A stretch of 64,000 nt of DNA, taken from an uncultured delta proteobacterium. GTDB lineage: Bacteria; Myxococcota_A; Polyangia; Polyangiales; Polyangiaceae. The stretch lies in contig CAVQUB010000005.1 of NCBI GenBank assembly GCA_963716725.1, positions 576,001 to 640,000 of the forward strand. Direction: 5' to 3'. The notes under the pieces are model-generated. The model was not told where the DNA came from and made no database searches. It was given only the letters and a program-made list of their open reading frames with translations. Shown here piece after piece: positions 43,308-53,388 of the stretch (position 1 is the first letter of the stretch; every line of letters begins with the position of its first letter). Position numbers and translations under genes: made by a program.

Positions 43308-44549
43308 GTGACCGGCCCCGACGACGAGGAGCCCGAAGAAGTCCGCTCGGTTCGCGTCGAGCTCGACAGCATTCCCGACTTCGCTGACGGGCTAGCGGAC
43401 TTCTCAGAGTCGTCTTCGTCCAAATCCAAGGAGCTTCCCTCGCTCGATCCCGAGCACGAACTCCACGTCGAAGTGGCGGTCCCGGACCCTCGCCCCTCCC
43501 GGGGGCCCGAGAACTGGCTCGACGACGACGCGCTTCCAGACGTCGAAGGATTGGACGACGAGCTGCCGGTGCTCGGAGCGGAGCACGAGGTGGCAGACCT
43601 TGCGCTGCCGGTGCTCGGAGCGGAGCACGAGGTGGCAGACCTTGCGCTGCCGGTGCTCGGAGCGGAGCACGAGGTCGCGGACGACGAGCCACCGGTGCTC
43701 GGAGCGGAGCACGAGGTCGCGGACGACGAGTTGCCGGTCGATCGACGCCCGGATCTGGCTGCGACGACCGACGAGCCGGACGCCGAGCCGGCGGCAGACC
43801 TCGACGACCCCGCCACTGCCGCTTCAGATGATCTGGCCGACTCGGAGGAGTCGCGCAACTACCGCCAGATCTACGAGACCGAGCTCCGCCCCCTGGAACG
43901 CGATGCGCGGATCGCGCTGGCGCACACGGCTGATGGATCGCTCTTGTGCGCCCTGTGTCTCGATGCCGAGCCCCAGGTCGTCCGGGCTGTGCTCGACAAC
44001 GCGCTCGCGGGCCTCGATCACGCCCGGCTGATCGCGCGCCACCACAAGAACCCTGTCGGGCTGGAGCACTTGGTTCAGCGCGCGGAGTTTGCCCGTGACA
44101 CGCAGGTGCAGCGCTTGCTGGTGCGCAACACGCAGCTCACCGAGAGCTTGCTGCGCCGCCTGATCGGACGCAAACCGCTGCGCGACCTGTACAAGGTGTG
44201 CGTCGATCGCGACGTCGCCGAGAAGAGCCGCATCGGCGCCCGCGGGCTACTACGTACGCGATGGAGCAGCTCTTCCAGCGAAGAGCGGGCGGACTTCGTG
44301 ATCGCGACCGAGGCGCGCTGCTTGTCGTTGCTGGTCGGGCAGACCTTCGACTCGAGGATGACGTCGATCCTCTGCGGGCGGCAGCTCACCTCGGTGCTGT
44401 TCGTCCAGAACCTGGCGCGCTTTCCCGCCTGCCCGCCGGCGTTGCTCGTGCACCTCTTGAAGCAGCCCTTCGTGCGCAGACACGCCGCGCTCAAGAAGGC
44501 GATCTTCCAGCACCCGAACCTGCCGTCGCAGGCCAAGCGAAATATGTAG
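43308..44549 (+). CDS. Hypothetical protein with acidic repeat N-terminus and helical-repeat (LRV-like) C-terminus
   Basis: Long ORF; LCLDAEPQVVRAVLDN..HARLIARHH, ending QHPNLPS. Confidence 0.75.
   Translation: MTGPDDEEPEEVRSVRVELDSIPDFADGLADFSESSSSKSKELPSLDPEHELHVEVAVPDPRPSRGPENWLDDDALPDVEGLDDELPVLGAEHEVADLALPVLGAEHEVADLALPVLGAEHEVADDEPPVLGAEHEVADDELPVDRRPDLAATTDEPDAEPAADLDDPATAASDDLADSEESRNYRQIYETELRPLERDARIALAHTADGSLLCALCLDAEPQVVRAVLDNALAGLDHARLIARHHKNPVGLEHLVQRAEFARDTQVQRLLVRNTQLTESLLRRLIGRKPLRDLYKVCVDRDVAEKSRIGARGLLRTRWSSSSSEERADFVIATEARCLSLLVGQTFDSRMTSILCGRQLTSVLFVQNLARFPACPPALLVHLLKQPFVRRHAALKKAIFQHPNLPSQAKRNM
43562..43738. repeat. 42-bp tandem repeat, about four copies (encodes LPVLGAEHEVADxx)
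   Basis: CCGGTGCTCGGAGCGGAGCACGAGGT recurs with a 42-bp period. Confidence 0.92.
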
Positions 44550-44553
44550 CGCT

Positions 44554-46380
44554 TCAGCTCTCGGGGCTGAGTTCCCAGGTCTCTGGGCTGCGCCAGAGCC
44601 GAGATCGCAAGAGCTCCCGTTCGTAGAGCAGCTCCTTCGGCAGGCGATCGTAGAAGCGGTCGAAGTGCTCCTCGTGCGCCACGGCCTCTTTTCGTCCGGC
44701 CTCGCGGCTCACGACCATCAGCTCGTGGAACAGCTTCGGATCGTAGTCGAGCCCTTCCCAGTGCAGGTCGTCGTGCCGCGGCATCCAGCCCAAGGGGCTC
44801 TCGACGGCGTAGGCGCGACCGCGGACGCGGTCGACGACCCACTTGAGCACGCGCATGTTCTCGCCGAAGCCGGGCCACATGAACTTGCCGTTGTCGTCTT
44901 TGCGGAACCAGTTCACGCGGAAGATGCGAGGCGGGTTCGGGATGCGCCGCCCCATGTTCAGCCAGTGCCCCCAGTAGTCGGCCATGTTGTAGCCACAGAA
45001 GGGCAGCATCGCCATCGGGTCGCGGCGCACGGCGGCCTGTCCCACGGCTGCCGCGGTGGCCTCCGAGCCCATGGTCGCGGCCAAGTACACCCCGTGGCTC
45101 CAGTTGAAGGCTTGGAATACCAGCGGCATGTCTTTCGAGGTGCGTCCGCCAAAGATGAACGCGCTGATGGGGACGCCGTCCGGCGAGTCCCACTTTTCGT
45201 CGGCTGTTGGGCACTGCGAGAGCGGCGCCGTGAAGCGCGAGTTGGGGTGCGCTGCCGGGGTCTTGCTCGTCGGCGTCCAGTCGCGGCCCTGCCAGTCGAT
45301 GCAGTGCTGCGGCGGATCGGACAGCCCCTCCCACCACACGTCGCCGTCGTCGGTGAGCGCGACGTTCGTGAAGATGCTGTTCTTGGTCAGCGAGGCGATG
45401 GCGTTCGGGTTGGTCTTGGCACCGGTGCCCGGCGCGACGCCAAAGAACCCCGCCTCGGGGTTGATGGCGTAGAGCTTGCCGTCCTTACCTGGCTTGATCC
45501 ACGCAATGTCGTCACCCACGGTCCAAATTTTCCAGCCCTCGAAGCCGCCCGGCGGGACCATCATGGCGAAGTTGGTCTTGCCACAGGCGCTGGGGAAGGC
45601 CGCCGCGACGTAGGTGCGCTCCCCGTCCGGGGCCTCGACCCCCACGATGAGCATGTGCTCGGCCAGCCAGCCCTCGTCGCGGGCCATCACGGTGGCGATG
45701 CGCAGCGCGAAGCACTTCTTGCCGAGCAGTGCGTTGCCGCCGTAGCCCGAGCCGAAGGACCAGATCTCGCGCGTCTCGGGGAAATGCGCGATGGTCGTGT
45801 TCGCCGGATTGCAGGGCCAGGGCACGTCCTTCTCGCCGGCGCCCAGCGGGCGTCCCACCGAGTGCACGCAGGGCACGAACTCGCCGCCGTCGCCGAGCAC
45901 GTCCAGGGCACGTTGGCCCATGCGCGTCATGATGCGCATGTTCGTCGCCACGTAGGCGCTGTCCGTCACCTGCACGCCGATGTGCGCCATGGGTGAGCCG
46001 AGCGGGCCCATGCTAAACGGCACGATGTACATGGTGCGGCCGCGCATGCAGCCGTCGAAGCTCTTGCGCAGCTTCTCCTTCATCTCTTTCGGCTCCATCC
46101 AATTGTTGGTCGGACCGGCGTCGACCTTCGAGGCCGAACAGATGAAGGTGCGATCTTCCACGCGGGCGACGTCCTTCGGATCGCTCCGCGCCAAGAAGCT
46201 GTTGGGTCGCTTTTCCGGGCTCAGCGCGATGAAGGTGCCGCTCTGCACCATGAGCTTGCACAGTCGGTCGTACTCTTCCTGGCTTCCATCGCACCAGTGG
46301 ACGTGATCGGGCTTGCACAGCGCAGTCATCTCGTCGACCCAGGCGAGGAGCCGGGCGTGCTTGGTATTTGCGTGACTCAT
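44554..46380 (-). CDS. pckG: Phosphoenolpyruvate carboxykinase (GTP)
   Basis: [57 protein letters not shown]. Confidence 0.98.
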   Translation of the reverse strand: MSHANTKHARLLAWVDEMTALCKPDHVHWCDGSQEEYDRLCKLMVQSGTFIALSPEKRPNSFLARSDPKDVARVEDRTFICSASKVDAGPTNNWMEPKEMKEKLRKSFDGCMRGRTMYIVPFSMGPLGSPMAHIGVQVTDSAYVATNMRIMTRMGQRALDVLGDGGEFVPCVHSVGRPLGAGEKDVPWPCNPANTTIAHFPETREIWSFGSGYGGNALLGKKCFALRIATVMARDEGWLAEHMLIVGVEAPDGERTYVAAAFPSACGKTNFAMMVPPGGFEGWKIWTVGDDIAWIKPGKDGKLYAINPEAGFFGVAPGTGAKTNPNAIASLTKNSIFTNVALTDDGDVWWEGLSDPPQHCIDWQGRDWTPTSKTPAAHPNSRFTAPLSQCPTADEKWDSPDGVPISAFIFGGRTSKDMPLVFQAFNWSHGVYLAATMGSEATAAAVGQAAVRRDPMAMLPFCGYNMADYWGHWLNMGRRIPNPPRIFRVNWFRKDDNGKFMWPGFGENMRVLKWVVDRVRGRAYAVESPLGWMPRHDDLHWEGLDYDPKLFHELMVVSREAGRKEAVAHEEHFDRFYDRLPKELLYERELLRSRLWRSPETWELSPES

Positions 46381-46494
46381 CGGCTCTGACCTTTCGAAAG
46401 CGGAGGGTGAAACTACCAGTTTTTGAATCGAATTGGGGAAGGTTCGAGGGGCCAGGCGCGCGAAGATTGCGTCGTTGCTAGGCTGGCATGGCAG

Positions 46495-46899
46495 ATGAGC
46501 ACGAGAGCACTCCGGCTGCTCGGTCGGCACCAGCTCGCGTCGCTCGTGGCGACGGCGGCGGATTTCAGCGCCATGATAGCGCTGGTCGAGCTTGCCAGGT
46601 GTTCACCGGTGCTTGCGGCGGCGCTCGGGGCGACCTTCGGCGCCGTCGTCAACTTCGTGCTCAACCGGCGCTGGGTCTTCGCTTCGGCCGCTGAGCCGCT
46701 CGGGGGTCAGGCGCTGCGCTACGCAGCGGTGTCGGCGGCCAGCGCCGCTTGGAACGCGCTGGGCGAGCACACGCTGTTCAAAGTGCTCGGCTTGCACTAC
46801 GTCTGGGCCCGCGTGATCGTCTCCGTTGCCATCAGCTTGGGCTGGAACTTCCCGATGCAGCGGTATTGGGTGTTTCGTCCGAGGAGAGCGAGCCGTTGA
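46495..46899 (+). CDS. GtrA-family membrane protein
   Basis: Four TM helices; [27 protein letters not shown]. Confidence 0.88.
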   Translation: MSTRALRLLGRHQLASLVATAADFSAMIALVELARCSPVLAAALGATFGAVVNFVLNRRWVFASAAEPLGGQALRYAAVSAASAAWNALGEHTLFKVLGLHYVWARVIVSVAISLGWNFPMQRYWVFRPRRASR

Positions 46900-49397
46900 G
46901 CGATCTGGACAAGGTTCCCGAGCGAACGCGCCGCTTCGTCGCGTTCACGCTGCGGCACGCCAAGTGGATCTGGCTCGTGGCGCTGCTCGCGGCGGTGCCG
47001 GCGGTCTGGCGCACGGCGTCGCTCTACGCCAACCTTCGGAGCGAGCTCGAGCATTTGCTACCGCGCAGCGCGCCCAGCGTCGCCGCTATCGAGGAGCTGC
47101 GGGCGCGGTTGCCGGGTCTGCAGCACCTGGGAGTCGTCGTCGATGTTGGGAGCGCGGACCACCTGCCCGACGGCGAGCGCTTCCTCGACAATCTCGCGGC
47201 GAGGATCCGGGCCTACCCGCCGGAGCTCGTCCGCTCGGTGCGGCTCGGGAACGACGCCGAGCGGGCGTACCTGGAGAAATACGCGCCGATTTACCTCGAG
47301 CAGTCCGAGCTGGTCAGCGTGCGCGAGCGCATCGAGGCGCGCCGCGACTGGGAGGTGGCCAAGGCGGCGGATCAGCTCCTCGACGAGGACGAGAAGCCTC
47401 CGCCCCTGGACTTCAGTGACATCGAGAAGAAGTACGAAGCTGAGGTCGGCGGCGGCGAGCGCGTTCCGACCGGGCGGTTCTCGTCCAAGGTCATCGCTCA
47501 CACGCTCTTGGTCGTGGACGTTGCTCCCTTCTCGACGGGGCAGGGCAAGGGCGCCGAGCTCTTGCGCCGGGTCCAGGCAGATGTCGCTTCGCTGGGAGGT
47601 CCCGCCCGGTACGCGCCGGGCATGCGCCTGGGCTACGCCGGCGACATCGCCATTTCGGTAGAAGAGACCCAAGCGCTGAAGGACGACCTCTCGCTGTCGT
47701 CAGTGCTGGTCTTGTTCTTCGTCGGGGGCGCGCTGCTCGCCTATTTCCGATGGTACAAGAGCATCCTCGCGCTGATCCCGCCGCTGCTCCTGGCCACGGT
47801 CTACACCTTCGCGCTGGCCTCGTTGCCGCCGTTCCGGGTCACCGAGCTCAACTCGAACACGGCCTTTCTCGGTTCCATCATCGTCGGCAACGGAATCAAC
47901 TTCGGAGTGATCCTGCTCGCTCGCTACACCGAAGAGCGCCGCACCGGGGTGAAGCTACAGGACGCGATCACCATCGCGGTGTGGGGAGCGGGGCCGGGGA
48001 CCTTGTCGGCTTCGCTGGCTGCCAGCGCCGCCTACGGATCGCTCATCTTGACCGAGTTTCGCGGCTTCCGGCAGTTCGGCTACATCGGCCTGATCGGCAT
48101 GGTGCTGTCGTGGGCCGTGTCGTTCGTGCTCATCCCGCCGCTCACCGTCTGGCTCGATCGCGACGGCGGCTCGGCGCGGAGCTCGGCGGCGACCACCGGG
48201 GCGCTGATGGGCAAGGTGGCCGATGTCGTCACCCGATACCCGCGGCTGATCCTCGCTTTCGGCGCCGCCCTCACCCTCGCGTCGCTGCTGAAGCTGAGCA
48301 CCGTCGGCGAGCAGAACTTGGAACACGACTTCTCGAAGCTGCGCCGAGCCGACACTTGGATCGACGGCGAGGGCTACTGGGGACGCAAGATGGACGCCGT
48401 GCTCGGCAGCTACCTGACGCCGACGGTTCTGCTCGCGGACTCGCCCGAGCAGGCGCGGGCAGTCCGCGCGAAGCTCGAGGCTGCCCGCCATGAGCCCCCG
48501 CTCTCCGAGATGGTGACGCGCGTGTTCTCCATCGACGACGTCATTCCCACCGGCCAGGTCGAGAAGCTGGCCGAGGTCCAGAAGATCCGCGCCGCGCTGA
48601 CGCCGCGAGTGCGCGAACAAATCCCGAAAGACAAGCGCGACCAGGTGGAGCGCCTGCTCGCGAACGAGATCACCGCGCCCGTGGGCCCGGACGATCTGCC
48701 GCCGCGGCTCTTGGTCGGGCTTCGGGAGCGCGACGGCAGCGTGGGCAGGACGGTCGTGGTCTTTCCCCGGCCCGCGCGCGAACTCTGGCAAGGGCCGCCC
48801 TTGGCCGCCTTCGTGGCGGCGCTGCGCAGCGCCGCCGAAGAAGGCAAGCCCCACGCAGGTCCGGCGGCACGCGTGGCGGGCTCGCTGCCCCTCTCGGCCG
48901 ACATCCTGGCCTCCGTGCGGCGCGACGGCGTCTTCGCGAGCATCGCCGCCTTCGTGGGGGTGTTCTTGGTGGTCCTCAGTCTGTTTCGCTTCACCCGCAC
49001 CACGCTCTTGGTCATGGGAACCCTGGTCGTTGGCGTCGCGTGGCTCGGGGCCTTTGCGATCATGACCGGCGTGAAGGTGAATTTCGCCAACTTCATCGCC
49101 TTCCCGATCACCTTCGGGATCGGGGTCGACTACGCGGTGAACGTCATGAGCCGATTCCAGAGCGATGGCTCCCGCGACGTCCGCCCGGCCATCCGCGCGA
49201 CGGGCGGCGCCGTCGCGCTCTGCTCCGTGACCACCGTCGTCGGCTACTCGTCCCTGCTCTTGGCGGAGAACCAGGCGCTGTTCTTGTTCGGCCTGCTGGC
49301 GGTCCTCGGCGAGGTCGTCTGCCTGGTCGCGGGCGTGCTGCTCTTGCCCGCGGTGCTCACATTGACATCCAAAGCGCGTACGGCTCAGGCCGGCTGA
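46896..49397 (+). CDS. MMPL/RND-family lipid transporter
   Basis: Two TM bundles; GNGINFG and GIGVDYA motifs; FRGFRQFG; TTG start overlaps the GtrA stop. Confidence 0.9.
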   Translation: MSDLDKVPERTRRFVAFTLRHAKWIWLVALLAAVPAVWRTASLYANLRSELEHLLPRSAPSVAAIEELRARLPGLQHLGVVVDVGSADHLPDGERFLDNLAARIRAYPPELVRSVRLGNDAERAYLEKYAPIYLEQSELVSVRERIEARRDWEVAKAADQLLDEDEKPPPLDFSDIEKKYEAEVGGGERVPTGRFSSKVIAHTLLVVDVAPFSTGQGKGAELLRRVQADVASLGGPARYAPGMRLGYAGDIAISVEETQALKDDLSLSSVLVLFFVGGALLAYFRWYKSILALIPPLLLATVYTFALASLPPFRVTELNSNTAFLGSIIVGNGINFGVILLARYTEERRTGVKLQDAITIAVWGAGPGTLSASLAASAAYGSLILTEFRGFRQFGYIGLIGMVLSWAVSFVLIPPLTVWLDRDGGSARSSAATTGALMGKVADVVTRYPRLILAFGAALTLASLLKLSTVGEQNLEHDFSKLRRADTWIDGEGYWGRKMDAVLGSYLTPTVLLADSPEQARAVRAKLEAARHEPPLSEMVTRVFSIDDVIPTGQVEKLAEVQKIRAALTPRVREQIPKDKRDQVERLLANEITAPVGPDDLPPRLLVGLRERDGSVGRTVVVFPRPARELWQGPPLAAFVAALRSAAEEGKPHAGPAARVAGSLPLSADILASVRRDGVFASIAAFVGVFLVVLSLFRFTRTTLLVMGTLVVGVAWLGAFAIMTGVKVNFANFIAFPITFGIGVDYAVNVMSRFQSDGSRDVRPAIRATGGAVALCSVTTVVGYSSLLLAENQALFLFGLLAVLGEVVCLVAGVLLLPAVLTLTSKARTAQAG

Positions 49398-50305
49398 GGG
49401 TCGCCTCGGGCCGCGCGAGTCACCAGCCGCTTCGCCAGGATCGTGGCCACGATCGCGACCGCCCAGCCGGCGATGGCGTCCAGGATCCAGTGGTGGTCCA
49501 GGTACACGGCCGCCAGGAACATCACGATCGAGTAGAGAATGTGGATCGGACGGGTCTTCCAGGTCGTGGCCTTCCACGCGGTGAGCAGCCCGAGGACTGG
49601 GTAAGCGCAGTGCATGCTCGGCATGGCGCCGAACACGCTCGACGCGCGCGAGTAGAAATCGTGAAAATAGGTGATGCCCAGCAGGGCATCGACGCGCGTG
49701 AGCGCAGCGGGGCTCGGCAGCGCGGCCATGTCGATGACGCAGCCGTGAGCGCGCAGGTACCAGGGAGGGGCGGCGGGCACCAGCAGCCACATCAGGAACG
49801 AGATGTAGTTGGCGATGGCGAAGGCCCACAGGTAGTGGCGCATGCGTGGGCGATCGACGAAATAGAGGTAGGCCGCGTAGAACAGCGCGAGATACGCGAA
49901 GATCGCGTAGGGAACCGCGAAAATCAGGTCCAGCACCGGGTGAGCGTGGCGCTGCGCGAAGTCCTGGAAGGTCTGATCCGGCCCCGTCGAAAACAGCGCC
50001 AGCTCGGCGCTGCGCAGCCCGCAACCCATCACGCGATCCGGCGTCACCAACAGCTGACGCGGGTAGCGAACCGCGTCGTAGCCGATGGCCACGGCGAGAT
50101 AAGGCCACACGTCCCCGAAGAAGCGCTTCGACCGCGGCCCCGCGTAGGCGAAGCCACAGGCGACGGTGGTGAGCAGCACGTGCTCGAACCGCGTGTCGCC
50201 CATGGCGACCACGAAGGCCAAGTAGGCCAGGGGGAGGCCACCCGGCAAGAACCACCACTTGCCCCAGAGCGCGCGCACATGTCGCAGCGGCGACGTCACG
50301 GCCAC
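49385..50305 (-). CDS. AUR1/IPC-synthase-like PAP2-superfamily phosphotransferase
   Basis: PAAPPWY, FGAMPSMH, AVYLDHHWILD and multiple TM helices. Confidence 0.85.
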   Translation of the reverse strand: MAVTSPLRHVRALWGKWWFLPGGLPLAYLAFVVAMGDTRFEHVLLTTVACGFAYAGPRSKRFFGDVWPYLAVAIGYDAVRYPRQLLVTPDRVMGCGLRSAELALFSTGPDQTFQDFAQRHAHPVLDLIFAVPYAIFAYLALFYAAYLYFVDRPRMRHYLWAFAIANYISFLMWLLVPAAPPWYLRAHGCVIDMAALPSPAALTRVDALLGITYFHDFYSRASSVFGAMPSMHCAYPVLGLLTAWKATTWKTRPIHILYSIVMFLAAVYLDHHWILDAIAGWAVAIVATILAKRLVTRAARGDPQPA

Positions 50306-50321
50306 CTCGTCGCCGCCGAAC

Positions 50322-51131
50322 TCAATCCGATTCTGCTCGCGACCCGGGGCCGGGTGAGCTCAGCGCGCGCTTGGCCGAACGCAGGGCCGCGACGATGCCG
50401 ACCAAGCTGGATGCGGCGAGCACCGCTACGCCCAACAGCGTGAGCGGACCGTCGAGACGCCCTTCGTCGCAGGGCACGATACCAACGAAGAACGAGAGCG
50501 TGAGCAGGACCACCCGCTCGGCGCGGCGCATGAACAAGGGCGGCAGCACCGTGCCCAACGCCTCTGCCCGGGCCCGGACGTAGCTGAGCGTGAAGGAACC
50601 CAGGATGGCCATGCCGGGGATGGCGGCGAGCCAGCCGTGCTCCGCGTAGAACACCGTCAGCCCGAGCAGGGGAAGGCCGTCCGAGAGGCGATCGACAGTC
50701 GAGTCGAGGAGGGCACCCCAGCGCGAGGTCGTGCCGGTCGCTCGGGCGACGACGCCGTCGAACACGTCGAGCGCTCCGCTGGCGATCACCAGCAGCCCGG
50801 CCGTGACCAGCGAGCCCGTCGCCGCCGCTACGCCGGCGAGGGCTGCCAGTACCAGCGAGACGTAGGTGAGCGTATTGGCGGAGACCCCGGTGCGACCCAG
50901 CGATGCGCCGACCACCAAGGTGCCGTGATACGCGGTCGCGGCCAGGGGCACGCGTTCCCACACGCTCCCGCTCAGGCGCTGGGCCACGTACTGCGCGGAC
51001 GTCGGCCCCGGTTGCGGTTCGACGATGGCGTTGGGGTTGAGGGCTCGATCGGTCACGGCTGCTTGGTGAGAGCCTAAGGTCTGCGAAAGGAGTCGCAACC
51101 ACGCCCGCTGCAGTTCGGCCGGCTGGCTCAC
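50322..51131 (-). CDS. CDP-alcohol phosphatidyltransferase
   Basis: SANTLT, DVFDGVVAR..G..SRWGALLDSTVDR, SYVRARAE, MRRAER. Confidence 0.93.
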   Translation of the reverse strand: MSQPAELQRAWLRLLSQTLGSHQAAVTDRALNPNAIVEPQPGPTSAQYVAQRLSGSVWERVPLAATAYHGTLVVGASLGRTGVSANTLTYVSLVLAALAGVAAATGSLVTAGLLVIASGALDVFDGVVARATGTTSRWGALLDSTVDRLSDGLPLLGLTVFYAEHGWLAAIPGMAILGSFTLSYVRARAEALGTVLPPLFMRRAERVVLLTLSFFVGIVPCDEGRLDGPLTLLGVAVLAASSLVGIVAALRSAKRALSSPGPGSRAESD

Positions 51132-51231
51132 GCTCGTTGTCGCTCATCGTCCGACGAAGCCTACCGATCGTCCGCACGACTGATAAATAACCTGGTTCCC
51201 GCATATTTTGCAGCAGGGAGATTCACGTGAG

Positions 51232-51789
51232 ATGACCCGAGCCATGCGAAGCGTTCCGACCCTGACCCTGATGCTCGTGCTCTCGACCACGGCCTGCGAA
51301 GACAAGCAGAAGCCCGCGCTACCGCTCGTCGAGCCGCCGCCGTCAGCGGTGACGACGACGACTTCAGAGACGCCCGCCATCGCAGCGTATCCGCCCGGCA
51401 TGGCTCCCCCCGAAGACGCCGGCAGCGACGCGGCGCCGCCCGAGCCGAAGACCGGAGTGTGCGCGTTCAATGAGTCGGGCTACGACGGACAGGACACCAA
51501 GAGCAACGAGAAGCTGATCGTCAAGATCAAGGCCGACAAGATCGTCGCCGCCGAGTACAGCTATCGCGGCTCCTACGCGCTCGACGGCAAGAGCGACAAG
51601 CTCGACATCCCCGTGGTGCAGAACAAGTGGCTCTCCTTCGAGCTGCCGATGACGAGCGGCACCAAGACCTTCGAAGTGAAGATCAAGGACGACGTCATCG
51701 ACCTGAAGGGCGTGGCGGCCCAAGACGCCGATGGCGATTGTCAGTGGGAGAAACCCGAGCCCGACAAGGTCAAGAAAAAGAAGCAGTAG
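51232..51789 (+). CDS. Hypothetical lipoprotein
   Basis: Lipobox TTAC, Pro/Thr linker, host-like codons. Confidence 0.75.
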   Translation: MTRAMRSVPTLTLMLVLSTTACEDKQKPALPLVEPPPSAVTTTTSETPAIAAYPPGMAPPEDAGSDAAPPEPKTGVCAFNESGYDGQDTKSNEKLIVKIKADKIVAAEYSYRGSYALDGKSDKLDIPVVQNKWLSFELPMTSGTKTFEVKIKDDVIDLKGVAAQDADGDCQWEKPEPDKVKKKKQ

Positions 51790-51818
51790 CAGGCCTGGCC
51801 TTCGGCTATGTCTGGAGC

Positions 51819-52646
51819 ATGCTCCCGCGCAGAACCTTGCTGGCAGTCTCGGCGCTCTCGGTGCTGTCTGCGGCCTGCGAGGCCATCGGCCTCAAGGCCA
51901 CCATCGTCACCACCAAGACCCAGAACGGTCAGACCACGACCCGAGTTCGCGAAGCGAAGAACTGGGAAGAGTTCGAGCAAGCCATGGGCGAGGTTGCGAC
52001 CGACTTCAGCGATTTCGCCAAGCAGGTCGGCGCCACCACCCTCGAGCTCGCGAAGAAGCTGGTGGACGTGCCTCCGCAGGGCCAGGTGCAGCTCGGACAA
52101 CTGGCGGCCTCGCTGAAGCCTTACGAAGGGGACGTCCGCTACGACTACCTGAAGGTCGCGCGCATGAACCCCAACGCGAAGTACGACTTCAAGTACGTGC
52201 AGATCGGCATGCCCGAGTACGACAACTTCTTCCGCGCCTCGGCCGAGATGTACGCGACGGCCTACCAGCTGATGGAGACCGGGCGGCACGTGCACCTGGC
52301 CAGAGCCAAGGTGAAGGGCGAAGACCCGCCGTCGGACGTCGAGAAGGGGCAGCGCAAGATCAAGAAAAGCGAGATCTCGTCGGCGATATCGGAGCTCGAA
52401 GAGCGCGCCGGGGAGAGCTCGGCGAAGCTGACGACGCTCTGGCTCACGATGGCAGAGCTCGGCACGAAGCTCGGGGGAAAAGCCATCGAAACGGCCTCGG
52501 CAGGCGCGGCGCTGGTGGCCAGTGCTCCCGCTCAGATCTTGAACCCGAAGCTCGTGCTTCACCTGAAGCTGATCGTCAAAGGGCTCGATCAGAGCGTGAG
52601 CATGGTGAAAGACACCGGCAAGATCCTGGGCGAGATCGTGGGCTGA
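51819..52646 (+). CDS. Hypothetical helical lipoprotein
   Basis: GGAG RBS, lipobox SAAC. Confidence 0.75.
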   Translation: MLPRRTLLAVSALSVLSAACEAIGLKATIVTTKTQNGQTTTRVREAKNWEEFEQAMGEVATDFSDFAKQVGATTLELAKKLVDVPPQGQVQLGQLAASLKPYEGDVRYDYLKVARMNPNAKYDFKYVQIGMPEYDNFFRASAEMYATAYQLMETGRHVHLARAKVKGEDPPSDVEKGQRKIKKSEISSAISELEERAGESSAKLTTLWLTMAELGTKLGGKAIETASAGAALVASAPAQILNPKLVLHLKLIVKGLDQSVSMVKDTGKILGEIVG

Positions 52647-52648
52647 GC

Positions 52649-53317
52649 TCAGTCACGCGCGACGCGCTTCATGCAGTGCACGCAGCGGGTCGCCTCGGGG
52701 TGGATGAGGCCTCCGCAATGCGGACATGGGGTGCGGGGCGGATCCTGCGGCTCAGATGTGACCGGCGTGGCTTGGACCGGGGCAGGGGCCTCGGGCTTCG
52801 ACGACTCGGGCCCGCGCTCGGTGGGGATCGGTGCGGGAGCCGTTGGTGCGGGAGCCGTTGGTGCGGGAGCCGTTGGTGCGGGCGTCGGCGCGGCGACGGC
52901 CGCGACCTCGCCTTCGACCACTGGCGCTGCGGGCACCGCGGGGGCTGGCCGCGCCGCTGCTGCTGCTGCCCGCGCCTCGAGGGCCTCGAGCCGTTCGTCG
53001 ATGCGAGTCAAGAGCGGCACGCTGCGCGCGATGGTGCCGTGGAACACGCCCGTTGCCCACACCACGACGGCGATCAACAAGACGCCCAGCGCGATCAGCG
53101 AGAACCCGAGCCGGTCACTCGAGCGGTTCTGTCCGAGCGCTGCGAGCAAGCCGAGCACCGAGCCAAGCACACCGACGATGCCCAGGCCGCGGGTCAAGGT
53201 GCTGATCGCCGAGAGGTAACGCGCCATGCGACGCGCTTCGTGACGATCCTGGAAAGTCCCCGGAGGGGGATACCCGGAGGGGTGCAGTCCCTGTTGCGAG
53301 GTCGGGTCGAGCTGCAT
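52649..53317 (-). CDS. Two-TM protein with Pro/Ala linker and C-terminal zinc ribbon
   Basis: CPHCG...CVHC; 15-bp repeat (PTAPA) at 52830-52882. Confidence 0.8.
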   Translation of the reverse strand: MQLDPTSQQGLHPSGYPPPGTFQDRHEARRMARYLSAISTLTRGLGIVGVLGSVLGLLAALGQNRSSDRLGFSLIALGVLLIAVVVWATGVFHGTIARSVPLLTRIDERLEALEARAAAAAARPAPAVPAAPVVEGEVAAVAAPTPAPTAPAPTAPAPTAPAPIPTERGPESSKPEAPAPVQATPVTSEPQDPPRTPCPHCGGLIHPEATRCVHCMKRVARD

Positions 53318-53388
53318 CGCGAGGGCAACTTACGCCGGCTGGCGTTCGGGGGATACGCGCGGGCCGCTTCCCCCGAGATCTGGGCCGA

